From Hormiphora californensis (lineage: Eukaryota > Animalia > Ctenophora), in the NCBI GenBank assembly GCA_020137815.1, contig CM035351.1:496001-560000 (forward strand): 64,000 nt of DNA. Reading direction: 5' to 3'. A model generated the notes under the pieces. It was not told the DNA's origin. It searched no databases and worked only from the letters and a program-made list of their open reading frames with translations. The first letter of the stretch is position 1. Each line of letters starts with the position of its first letter. Position numbers and translations under genes: made by a program. Below, piece after piece: positions 1 through 10,600 of this stretch.

Positions 1-142
1 CTCTCAGCTGTCCCTCTCCTCTCCTGTCCCTCTCCTGTCCCTCTCCTGTCCCTATTCCCTAATAACAATCCAGCCCACTATGGCACTATTTTCTGAAAAC
101 TAAGCAACTCTAACTGGTGGGTTTAGCTGAGTTTTGTTCCAT

Positions 143-1329
143 TACTTATTAATAACTGGAACAGATTCCTCCTCAGTGAAGTCCTGGTCCTTCAGAAACT
201 TGATGATCTCATCCACAATCGGCTGCACTTCCTTATTTGGATTGAATTCCTCTTGTACGGGAGGGGGAGTGTTCACCGACACCTGCAGATACTGGGGTGT
301 AGTGTTGAGAAAATATATTTGAAACTATTTCAGGACCCCTTTACTTCAGGCCAGTGCTCTGACAGTAGAAACTAGGTTTGATACCCATGGTGCTATAATA
401 TCAGTCCCCCTCTTTTTTACCCTGCGGAGAGAGTTAGCCAGGCCGGCTAGTTGGTTCCTATCAGTCATCCGGGAGAGCATTCCCATATTTCTACTAGCAC
501 GTCTTGCCCGGGGGTTACTAGCCATCATCTCGGATATCTCCGACTTGAGGCGACTGAGGGGAGTTTCAAACTTTTAGGCGAGCAAATAAAGGGAGAATTC
601 GCTTTGAATTGAAATAAGTAGGTATTATTCAATTATTGAATAGCAGGAATGCATAATTAATTACCTGAGCGTGGCGTTACATGTATGAATGTTTTTCTGA
701 ATGTTGCTCTTATGTTTGGCGTTCTCTGAGAACAGATCCGATATGGCCTAGAGGGAGGTTGCATCATCGAACATTGTAGGAGTCAGGGAACATGTGGGGG
801 TCAGGGAACTGGGAACATGATACTGAACTCCAATTAGTACTCCAATAACTCACACTAATAGCTGCTGGTTCATTCCACTCTTCCTCCCCCTCTTCATCAG
901 TCTCTAAATCGTCTTCACTCCCATTTCTTGGATGGTGAATTGTCTCCAGCCTGAACAGCAGATCCTCAATCAGGTCCTCTAATCCCTGCAGTAACTCTCC
1001 TCCCTCCTCATTTCTCGCTTGGAGGCTCTCCGAGATAAGAGAACAAACTCTGATGTTTTCTGATGCCTGCGGGGGGACGTGGAATGGGTGATTGGTCCAA
1101 CTGATTGGAGAAGAATCAACAATTTAAGAAGAATAGAATAGATACCTACATCTCTGGCAATTATATGATCATCATCAGGACCATCATCTAAAAACTTTAG
1201 CCGCTCATTGAACAGCTGATACTCGTCAGCTAACTCAACCCGGCAGCGAGCTTCCTGTGCCGCCTCAATGTCATTAAATATGCTGGTATCGAACAAATCC
1301 TCTATATTGTCGGGTGTCGTAGAATCCAT
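143..1329 (-). CDS. Unknown multi-exon protein (acidic N-terminus, MDSTTPDNIEDLFD...), approximate model
   Basis: ORF 979-1329 ends at a GTATCT donor. Further GT-AG bounded open segments lie at ~986-855 (GLEDLIEDLLFRLE...), ~748-665, ~553-421 (SRLKSEISEMMASNP...) and ~283-145 (VSVNTPPPVQEEF...). No domain recognised. Confidence 0.45.
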
Positions 1330-1896
1330 CAGTCATGGTATGGTACTGCAGACAAAAAGTTGAAAAAGCTAAGCTTCATATTTCGAAAACAAAAGAGGAC
1401 GTGTCGAGAACAGAAAGCATACGGGAGAGAAGAGCAAAGTAATCAAATAAAATATGGCCAATTACCGAGCTACTAGGTATATGTAATTGACTTAGGGGGT
1501 CACCGCACCGTGACATTGGCAATGTCATACAAAGCTGCAAGAGAAGCAAACTGAAACTATACACGAAATGTATAAGCAACTTTACACACAGTCAACAAAA
1601 TGTATTCTGTTACACTGGTTATCGCGCGTTGTACATTCATCTGCACGTGCCAAATCTGAGCCGCGCGCCATGAATCCTCACAAAGTATTGTGATAGCGCA
1701 CGCGGTTATTTGACTTTTACACTGCAACACGACGCGCAATCAAAAAACCTCTACGCGCGCGCTAAAATTTCGCAGGAAAATGACTTTTCAGTTTTCCCTT
1801 TCTTGGATTTTCACTTTTTGTTTTTCAATTTCGATTTTCGTTCCGTCTTACTACGTTTATTTAATAGAACGTTTTGCTCATATCTGACCAAAAGTA

Positions 1897-3520
1897 ATGT
1901 CTCAGCCAGCATGGGCTAGCTGGCCCTTACCTCCAAGTGAGTTATGAGCAATTATGTGTCCGAGAGTGGACGAAAATGCCAGCCTCAAATTTAGAGTAGT
2001 ATTTAACCAACGCCCAATTTAGATTGGGAGGCACGATACGATGGGAACTCTCGAAGATACTTTTACATTAACCATGTTACTAAGCAGACTCAGTGGAAGG
2101 ATCCTAGACAAGTTATTTTCGAGCAGAGACAGCAGCAGCAGCAGGTAAGTTGCTGAATTTTGTTTTATTCTATCGTTTTAGGATTGGTTCATTTCGTTGC
2201 TAATATGTAAGGCCATAGCAGGGTCCAAGTGCCGCTGAAGAGGCTGCGAGAAGACAGGCTGAGGCACACCGAGCGCAGACACAAGCCCAGGCACAGGAAA
2301 GGCAAAGACAAGAAGCAGCAAGAAGGCAAGCCCAGGAAGAAATGCAACGACAGGAGCATGATAGGAGAATGGCTGAGCAGATGAGGCAACAATATGAGCA
2401 GCAGGAAGAGGTTGGATGGACAGAGAGGACGACACACAACATGTTACACACCCAAATAAAAGACAACAAACCAACTCAGCAACAGCAGACAGCAACCAAA
2501 ACCGACCCAACTCATTAGAAAATGTTATTTGATAAAAAGTTCCCCTTTTCCAAAACCTAACTTTCCTTTCCCCCCAGGAGCCTGAACCAGAACCTGAGGA
2601 AGCAGCAGAAGATGAGAACGACTACTTGCAGTAAGTGCAACTGAATTAATGTGAACTACAATGCCAGTACTCTTTATTCAAAAGGAACCTTATGACTATC
2701 AATTTAGCCCACAAAAAGGGGCAGTATATGTTGTATTTTATCCAATGTATACATTTTAGATTTAATAATAATAATAATAATAATATTATTTTGTTTCAGT
2801 GATCTGGTGGATCTTGATGATGCAGATTTTGGACCAAGTCTGATCGAGCAAGAGGATATGATAGACCAGATGATCAGGAAGTATAAACTAGTTGACAGGG
2901 ATGTTGTGAAGATGGCCCTGGAAGCATTCAATTGGAAGATGGACGATGCTGATTCGAGTGTTAAAGAACTGAACGATGAGGTTCAAGCGAGAAATGAAAG
3001 GAGAAGGAGAATGATGGAAGAGATGAATTCCTCTACATCTCACGAGCCTGAGCCTGTTAGAAGAATACACATTCCCCTCATTTGATGATACAGCAGATAG
3101 AGAGCGACAAGAGAGGGAGGATCGAGAGAGACAGGAACGTGAGAGACAGGAACAGCAACAAAGAGAAGAAAGGGAGAGGAGAGAGAGGAGAGTAAGGAGT
3201 GAAGAGAGGAGAGAGGCTGATAGGAGGCGAGCCAGTACCCAAGCATCAAGCAGTAGAAGCAAACAAGAGCGAAGGGCTGAGAGGCGAGCCCGGGAGGAGC
3301 AGAGAGCTCAGCAGAGGGCAGCTAATGCAGCCAGATCACAGGGTCGAGAGAGGAGTAGACGACAGGAAACCAGTGCACCAGTTCGGAAAAGTGATGCCGT
3401 GGGTAGAGATCCTGAGTTGAGTAATGGACGGGATCCTGCACTGGCCTCTGGACCCACAATTGAAGTTCACGGCCGAGATAAGAGTCTTGCTAAAGGTCAG
3501 TAGTTTCACAACAAACATTA
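1897..3520 (+). pseudogene. WW domain - coiled coil - CUE domain gene with stops/frameshifts (pseudogene or sequence errors)
   Basis: 2022-2110 translates DWEARYDGNSRRYFYINHVTKQTQWKDPR (WW signature W..YFY.NH....TQW.DP). Q/E/R-rich coiled coil follows at 2235-2410. ORF 2807-3085 IDQMIRKYKLVDRDVVKMALEAFNWKMDDA resembles CUE. An R/E-rich frame continues after a shift at ~3075. GT-AG introns at ~2145, ~2631 and ~2799. In-frame TGA near 1945. Confidence 0.55.
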
Positions 3521-4255
3521 GGTTCTTAACTTTTGAATATGCTCCGATCTCACGACTGATGTAGTTAGAATTATTCCACCTACCGTGCTCTATCGGGTTC
3601 TCCGAGAGCGGAAACAAATTAAAACAAGTCAGTTAGTATTTGTGATTTAACACTCCCCTTTTTTATCACCAGGTCGCGATACGAGTCTGTCTGTTGGACG
3701 AGATGGCTCCCTGAGTGTCGGCCGGGACCCATCTCTCCTTGGTGTGCGTGAGAGGTATTCTGTGGGTACTGATAGTTCACTAGCCCATGGCCGTGATGCA
3801 TCTCTCCTACTGTCCGCTACTGCGTGAAGATGTTAGATGATGAAATATTACTGTCTACTGAACAGTGAACAATGAACAATGTAAAATAAACCCAAACTCT
3901 GTATAGATCTTTGTTTGAAGAACAAATGACTAAAAAATAGCTTTAGTTTTCTGATGTATTATTATGTATCTTTCCCATTATTTTCTGCAACCATGAGTTA
4001 TCGAACTGTTATCGAACTGTTATCATGAGTGATATCGAACTGTTATCATGAGTGATAAGTTATCAAACTGTACCGTGTTTTTAGTTAATTTGCACTTTAT
4101 CCAACAACTGAACCACCGCGTTTCTCTCACTCTAAAGACTACATTTACCAAATCCCAATATGTTGACTCAATCAACAGCCCCAAATCCCAATTACTAACA
4201 CTCTAAATAACTCCAATTAACTCCAATTAACTCCTTTATATTCAGATCTAGAGAC

Positions 4256-5605
4256 ATGCTAAAGGTGTGTACCCCTGTTACGGGTACTGTGACTGGTACC
4301 CTTCAGTTCAACATCCCCTCACACCCCCGGTCTCCTCACCTCACTGCATTCCTTGAAGACCTCAGCCAGTCAGATGATTTCTGCTGCCTCCTTGAGGAGG
4401 GAGAAGTAGTAGAAACTGGGAAGTTCCTCTTCTCACCTGTAGAGGATGGATTAGTGGAGATAACTCCTTTAAAAGGCACAGAACTACCAGTCCGGTTACC
4501 TGTTAAACATCTACAGCAACTCACAGACTTGTGTGCCTCGTTTGAACGCGCCTCCAAGGAGTTTACAATTGATATTCACACAACATGTAATGTTCCAACG
4601 AGCCTTTACAACCTGGTTGCATCAGATTTTATAGGTCACGGTTACATGAATCTATCCCCAGACCCGGATTATGATAACGTGTCTGCCCCGGTTGTTGTGG
4701 ATGATTTGGATACTTTTAATGGGTTACACCAGAGGGAGGGTAACTTTGAGTCACTGGATATCCCCCAGCTGCCCGTGCGTGACATAGTGCCCATGGAGTT
4801 AGGAGTGGGTGGTGGTGAATCAACAGTTGCAGACATTGATGACATTATGCCTTATTTGGACATGGCACCTGCAGAAACTTCACTGCAGTCTGCACCCATG
4901 GTAACGGCTGGCAACGCTCCAGTAACTGAACCTGAGCCCCCTACAAATGTTCCAGTAACTGAGCTCCCCACAGAACCTGTAGAGGAGGAGCTAGTGCCCT
5001 TCGAGGGTCAGCCACTTCCACCAGATGGGTTTAATGCGGTAGGAGCACTCGCTGAATTCTTGATAAAACTGGGCTGTCAGCATCCTGTATATGAACCCGA
5101 GACTCTGTCTAGCCCGAATAATAATGTGTTTCGTGACAAGGTGTCATTTTGGATTCAAGACCAACACTTCTCCTTTCCTAGTGTCACCTCATTTCCAAGG
5201 AAGAAAGATGCCAAAACTCATGTAGCGTGGTTGGCATGGAATGCTGTTAGAAATGACTATTCACGCCTAAACCCAGGTTTACGCACTGAATATACAACGG
5301 CTGATGAAGCTTCGAGTTCTGCTACATCATTTTCTACGTCGAGAGGTTTAGGGAGACTTTGGAAGAACGACCTCCAGCAGCAATACCAAGCTATTGGTGG
5401 AGATATCTCCCAAATCTTAAAATACAGTTCCTGTATGGTGCCTGGGGAGGGTATGACACCCAGGTTTAAATGTACTTTAACAGTAACCCCTCCCGGGGAA
5501 TTACCCAGGACCTTTACATCCTCGGGGGAAAGCAAAAACAAAAAGGGTTCCGAGTTGGAAGCTGCAGAAAAAGCATTTAGGGAACTTTTTCCAACGCATG
5601 TTTGA
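4256..5605 (+). CDS. Intronless 449-aa protein with two C-terminal dsRNA-binding domains
   Basis: dsRBD1 NAVGALAEFLIKLG..PVY...F...V.....FPRKKDAKTHVAWLAW; dsRBD2 WKNDLQQQYQ.....Y......PRFKCTLTV......SKNKKGSELEAAEKAFREL. KKxA helix motif present in dsRBD1, KKxS in dsRBD2. TTCAG acceptor 10 nt before the ATG. Confidence 0.8.
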   Translation: MLKVCTPVTGTVTGTLQFNIPSHPRSPHLTAFLEDLSQSDDFCCLLEEGEVVETGKFLFSPVEDGLVEITPLKGTELPVRLPVKHLQQLTDLCASFERASKEFTIDIHTTCNVPTSLYNLVASDFIGHGYMNLSPDPDYDNVSAPVVVDDLDTFNGLHQREGNFESLDIPQLPVRDIVPMELGVGGGESTVADIDDIMPYLDMAPAETSLQSAPMVTAGNAPVTEPEPPTNVPVTELPTEPVEEELVPFEGQPLPPDGFNAVGALAEFLIKLGCQHPVYEPETLSSPNNNVFRDKVSFWIQDQHFSFPSVTSFPRKKDAKTHVAWLAWNAVRNDYSRLNPGLRTEYTTADEASSSATSFSTSRGLGRLWKNDLQQQYQAIGGDISQILKYSSCMVPGEGMTPRFKCTLTVTPPGELPRTFTSSGESKNKKGSELEAAEKAFRELFPTHV

Positions 5606-5791
5606 TATGTTTTAACACATTTTAAAATAGCTCAGCATTTTTTAACGAGTGCATTTTGATGATTCATAAACATTATTCAATCGCTCCAACACAAAAATAG
5701 ATATCAATGAGATATTGAAACCCATTATAACGGTTTGTCCTAAGACCATCATTCAATAAAAGTGCCCCCCAATTATAGATGAATATTTAAC

Positions 5792-6363
5792 ATGTCACTG
5801 TTCACTGTTACTGAGGGCCCTGTACTACCTCCTACTGGGTTCAATGCCGTCCAAGCGCTGGATCATGTCCTCAGCTTGAAGGGAGGCTCTCGCGGTAACT
5901 TGTCAGCGAAGGATATCCCAACTAATTTCACTCCCGTCTATCATAGCAGTGTGTCATTTAGAGTCGGTGGAGAGAGCTATACAATTGACGGTATAACTAC
6001 ATTCCCTAATAAGAATGATGCAGAGGGTAGTGTTGCATATCTAGCGTTGCTAAAGGTTTATAATCTTAGCATCCCAAATTTGCAATCGGGCGTTAGGCGT
6101 TCAGGTTTCAGTCGTTACTCCTCCCCACCTACTGGTTTCTGGAAGTCGATGTTGCATGCTCGTTTACAAAAGTATGTAGCTGCCGGTAATGCAGTTTTCA
6201 ATTACAATACTGACCGAACCATGTCTGGTTTTGTGTCCTATTTGTCTGTGAAGTGAGAACCAGCTGGTATAGATTCACAGTTTCGATCCAGAGAGTCTCA
6301 TCAAAGAAAAAAGTTAGCTGAATATGATGTAGCACAAGTGGCTTATAAAGAACTGTTCCCTAA
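5792..6363 (+). pseudogene. Second double-dsRBD gene (paralog of 4256-5605 C-terminal half), in-frame TGA at 6254 and MITE at 3' end
   Basis: EGPVLPPTGFNAVQAL matches EGQPLPPDGFNAVGAL; FPNKNDAEGSVAYLAL; FWKSMLH. After the TGA the frame continues EPAGIDSQFRSRESHQRKKLAEYDVAQVAYKELFPN, homologous to ...NKKGSELEAAEKAFRELFP. Confidence 0.75.
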
Positions 6364-7375
6364 TAGGCCAGTCGCTTTTTGTCATTTTGGGGCCATTTGG
6401 TGAACTGAGACATAACAAAGGTTTTCCACTTGCATTGTACTCCTATGGGGTCCCATAAACACCAAAAAAATTTTCCACTCCAATCGAGGTGAAGAAAGTG
6501 CCCAAAATGGCCACGCCCTTAATTGCCTGTATTTTCAGCCTTGGCCAAAAAAAGCAACTTTGCTTTGGATTGGAGTAGAGACAAAAATGAGGGCACTAAA
6601 ATGTGTAGAATGAGCAGCAGAATCGATTGGGACCAAGCAGAAGTCTCTATCTTGTCAGCTTCGAGAGATAATTGGATAATTAAGTATGCGCATAACCGTT
6701 TTTGAGCCATATGGCTATAGCCACTCGGGAGCGGTTTTAACAATTTACCTTCACAGGAGCTTGTTCAGCATATAAAAATTAGTGGGGGTAACAAATATGA
6801 AGTTTCTATCGCATAAGGTCAATGCGTTATTCAACTTCAAAGTTCGAAAAATGAGGGGGAAAAGTCGAAATTTGGTCATTTTCCCTCATTTTCCACTCAT
6901 TTTTTGATCTTTTAAGTTGAATAACGCATTGACCTTATTCGATAGAAACTTCATATTTGTTACTCCCACTAATTTTTATATGCCGAACAAGCTCCTGTGA
7001 AGCAAAATTGTTAAAACAGCTCCCGAGTGGCTATAGCCATATGGCTCAAAAACGGTTATGCGCATACTTAATTATCCAATTATCTCTCGAAGCTGACAAG
7101 ATAGAGACTTCTGCTTGGTCCCAATCGATTCTGCTGCTCATTCTACACATTTTAGTGCCCTCATTTTTGTCTCTACTCCAATCCAAAGCAGAGTTGCTAT
7201 TTTTGGCCAAGGCTGAAAATACAGGCAAAAGGGCGTGGCCATTTTGGGCACTTTCTTCACCTCGGTTGGAGTGGAAAATTTTTTTGGTGTTTCTGAGACC
7301 CCATAGGAGTACAATGCAAGTGGAAAACCTTTGTTATGTCTCAGTTCACCATTTTAGCAAAAAGCGACTGGCCTA
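6364..7375. mobile_element. ~1.0-kb palindromic (foldback) MITE, probable TAA TSD (PIF/Harbinger-like)
   Basis: Ends TAGGCCAGTCGCTTTT ... AAAAGCGACTGGCCTA. The two halves are near-perfect reverse complements (mirror ORFs 6523+/7046-). TAA flanks both sides (6361-6363, 7376-7378). A TA TSD with GGCC ends is the alternative reading. Confidence 0.85.
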
Positions 7376-7616
7376 TAATGAAGCTAAGTTAATTATATAA
7401 TAAGTTTTTGTAGAAATTTGTGCACATTATTGTTTTTTGTATTCTGTCTTTGTAAAATAATGGTATCTGGACCTTATTGTGACATGTGTTGGACGTAAAA
7501 ATTGCTGAATCTTTTAAGAAGTTTTAATTCAAATCCGTATCTCCTTTTTCAGCACTTCGTAGTACCTTCGCCCCCCCCCCCTCTCACCTAACTAACATTT
7601 ACCAACTCCCCAGTCC

Positions 7617-10600
7617 ATGTCCCTTGCTGCCCCAGCCCCGGATCCCCTACCACCAACATCTGATCCTGGCGATGAGGTGGTACACGAGATAGATGTGTTT
7701 GTAATGCATGGTCTGGGGAAGCTGCTTCTCACCCAGTACCCCCTCCGACCCACCTATAAGGGGTACACAAACAGGGAGAATGTGAGGGTTAAACCTGTTA
7801 ATAGGGAGTTGGAACTAGAGATGAAGTTACAAAGCACACCTAATCAGCCTCAACAGGTACAAAGTGCAGCTCAGTAGTAGTTGTTTGAACAACAGGTATA
7901 AAGTGCAGTTATGAGTTAGCAGTAGTTGTTTGAACAACAGGTATAAAGTGCAGCTCAGTAGTAGTTGTTTGAACAACAGGTATAAAGTGCAGTTATGAGT
8001 TAGCAGTAGTTGTTTGAACAACAGGTATAAAGTGCAGCTCAGTAGTAGTTGTTTGAACAACAGGTATAAAGTGCAGCTCAGTAGTAGTTGTTTGAACAAC
8101 AGGTATAAAGTGCAGTTATGAGTTAGCAGTAGTTGTTTGAACAACAGGTATAAATGATAAAGTGCAGTAGCAACTTAGCAGTTGTTTGAATTTAACTTCC
8201 GATATCAAACTCACACCCACAAATATAATATAGGATGTGCAGCAAGGATATTATATTACAACTGAAATTTCTAGACTCTTCTACACTTGATATGTTTTCA
8301 TAACATCTCCATTCTGCAGACTCAGAAGTTGTCGGTGCATCAGCGGCCCCTCATCAAGCCAAATAGTGCCATTGGATTTCTGAAGAGTCGGAAGCTCCAT
8401 CTCTGTCCCCTGGATAGCGTAATACAGATGACACCCTCATTTGACCACATTGACAAAAAGTAGGTCTCATATCACATATATGGGTAGAGAGCGAGAGAGT
8501 TTATAGTAACAAGGGGGAGAAGGGGTAGGGTTTAGAGACAGCGTAAACTGTTCCTTAGGCTGACTAAGCCCCCACTAAGCAGTATGAATAATTCAATATA
8601 TCCTTACCGTTGAAGTGTAGTTCGCTGTAATTCAGATTACAACACCCTCTCTGCAGAGTTGCTGAAGAAGCGAAACTAAACACCAAGGTAGAGAAACCAG
8701 AATCAGCAGCGGTACAGAGTGTTACACGGCGGGTGATGAGGGTAGAAACGGACAGGGAGAAAACAGCTCGTCTTGCTTCCTACAATAATATCGAGGTAAA
8801 ATGGTCTGCCTACACATACCGTGTGCGGCAAAAAAAAGGCCCCCCCTAGACCACCATAGTTGCCGATGTGGTGGAGAGCTGTAACTTGGCAGGGTTGCTC
8901 CACTATGTCTATCTTGATCCTGACAGAAAAATCAGAGCTCTAGCTCAAAATTCATTTTCATGAACGGAATGAACTTCTCCGTTCCTTCGATATGAGACCC
9001 CCTCATCATTCAGAATTTTTTGCCCGTCTTTGGCTAACGATTATCTTTGTAATGAGACCAATTTGAGCATAATCTGATTACCAGGAGAGACACAGTGGAG
9101 GGTTTTCCGACCGTCACTCCTGACATGTGATCCAGGCCCGGTCACGTGGTGAAAAGTGGGTTTGGGGTGCTGTTAACATGTCTCAATAACGGATTATTGC
9201 TCTCATATCCCTTGAATATCCCTCCACAATGCTCTCAAGTCACTTTGTGATGCTGATTGATTGGGTTCATGTCACCAGTTCTTGTCAAAGTTCTCCAACC
9301 AACACCCTCTACCCCACCATCGAACAGGAGTTCTTTATCAAGTTTGGCCGCCTTCTTGAGCCAGATGAAGTTCCTCTGTTCGGGTGTAAAATGCATTGCA
9401 AGTAACGATTGGGAATGATTTTGATGAACATTTGAAGATTTAAATACCCCAGATCCCTTGGCTAGTGTAATGTGAGATGATAGGCTGATTAGTGACACAA
9501 GATGGCCCCTCCTTGATGAAATGATCTCGTATCACGGGCCGCTTGAGAACTTTGAGAAGAACTGGTGACATGAACCCAATCAATCAGCATCACAAAGTGA
9601 CTTGAGAGCATTGTGGAGGGATATTCAAGGGATATGAGAGCAATAATCCGTTATTGAGACATGTTAACAGCACCCCAAACCCACTTTTCACCACGTGACC
9701 GGGCCTGGATCACATGTCAGGAGTGACGGTCGGAAAACCCTCCACTGTGTCTCTCCTGGTAATCAGATTATGCTCAAATTGGTCTCATTACAAAGATAAT
9801 CGTTAGCCAAAGACGGGCAAAAAATTCTGAATGATGAGGGGGTCTCATATCGAAGGAACGGAGAAGTTCATTCCGTTCATGAAAATGAATTTTGAGCTAG
9901 AGCTCTGATTTTTCTGTCAGGATCAAGATAGACATAGTGGAGCAACCCTGCCAAGTTACAGCTCTCCACCACATCGGCAACTATGGTGGTCTAGGGGGGG
10001 CCTTTTTTTGCCGCACACGGTATTATATACTCAGTTCTTGTACAGCAGGGTTGCTTGGCTTGTCAATGAAATTTGTAATGAGAAATGTGTATTGTGTAAT
10101 GTACCAAATTAGGTTTGTCTAATAACCTGTCACACAGCGCATATTATGTTGTAATTACATTTAGGTCTGTGTGTGTAATGTGCATTGACTGAGCTTTATT
10201 CACATCTGTGTGTATTTGACACTCCTCCTCTCTAAACACACTGTCTCTATTTCTCAGACGGAGCGGCAGAAGGAAAGCTGGATTCCCTGTGATTACCGGC
10301 CCCTCGACCACCCCTATACACAGGGCTGTAGGAGGTCCATAATGAGAGATGGTACCCAGCCACCCCTGGACACCCTCTCTAGGGATGAATACATGAAGTT
10401 ACTAATACCCCGTACTGTTGGGGATGGGGCTACTGAACAGGCCCGGTTACCAGCTGCTACACAGGTCTGTACCACACACACCAAACTGTCTGATAGAACG
10501 GTGTTGCAACCTTAGCTAAAATATCCCGCCGCTACACAGGTTGAACAGTTGTTGAAGAATGCACATGTGTTGTCTGAAAGGGAGGTGTGTGATGCACTGC

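Noticed and set aside
6254-6256. Selenocysteine codon
   Set aside because: No Cys at the equivalent paralog position and no SECIS recognised.
6519-7400. Mirror ORFs in the palindrome as a transposase
   Set aside because: Short, no DDE motifs; mirrored only because of the inverted repeat.
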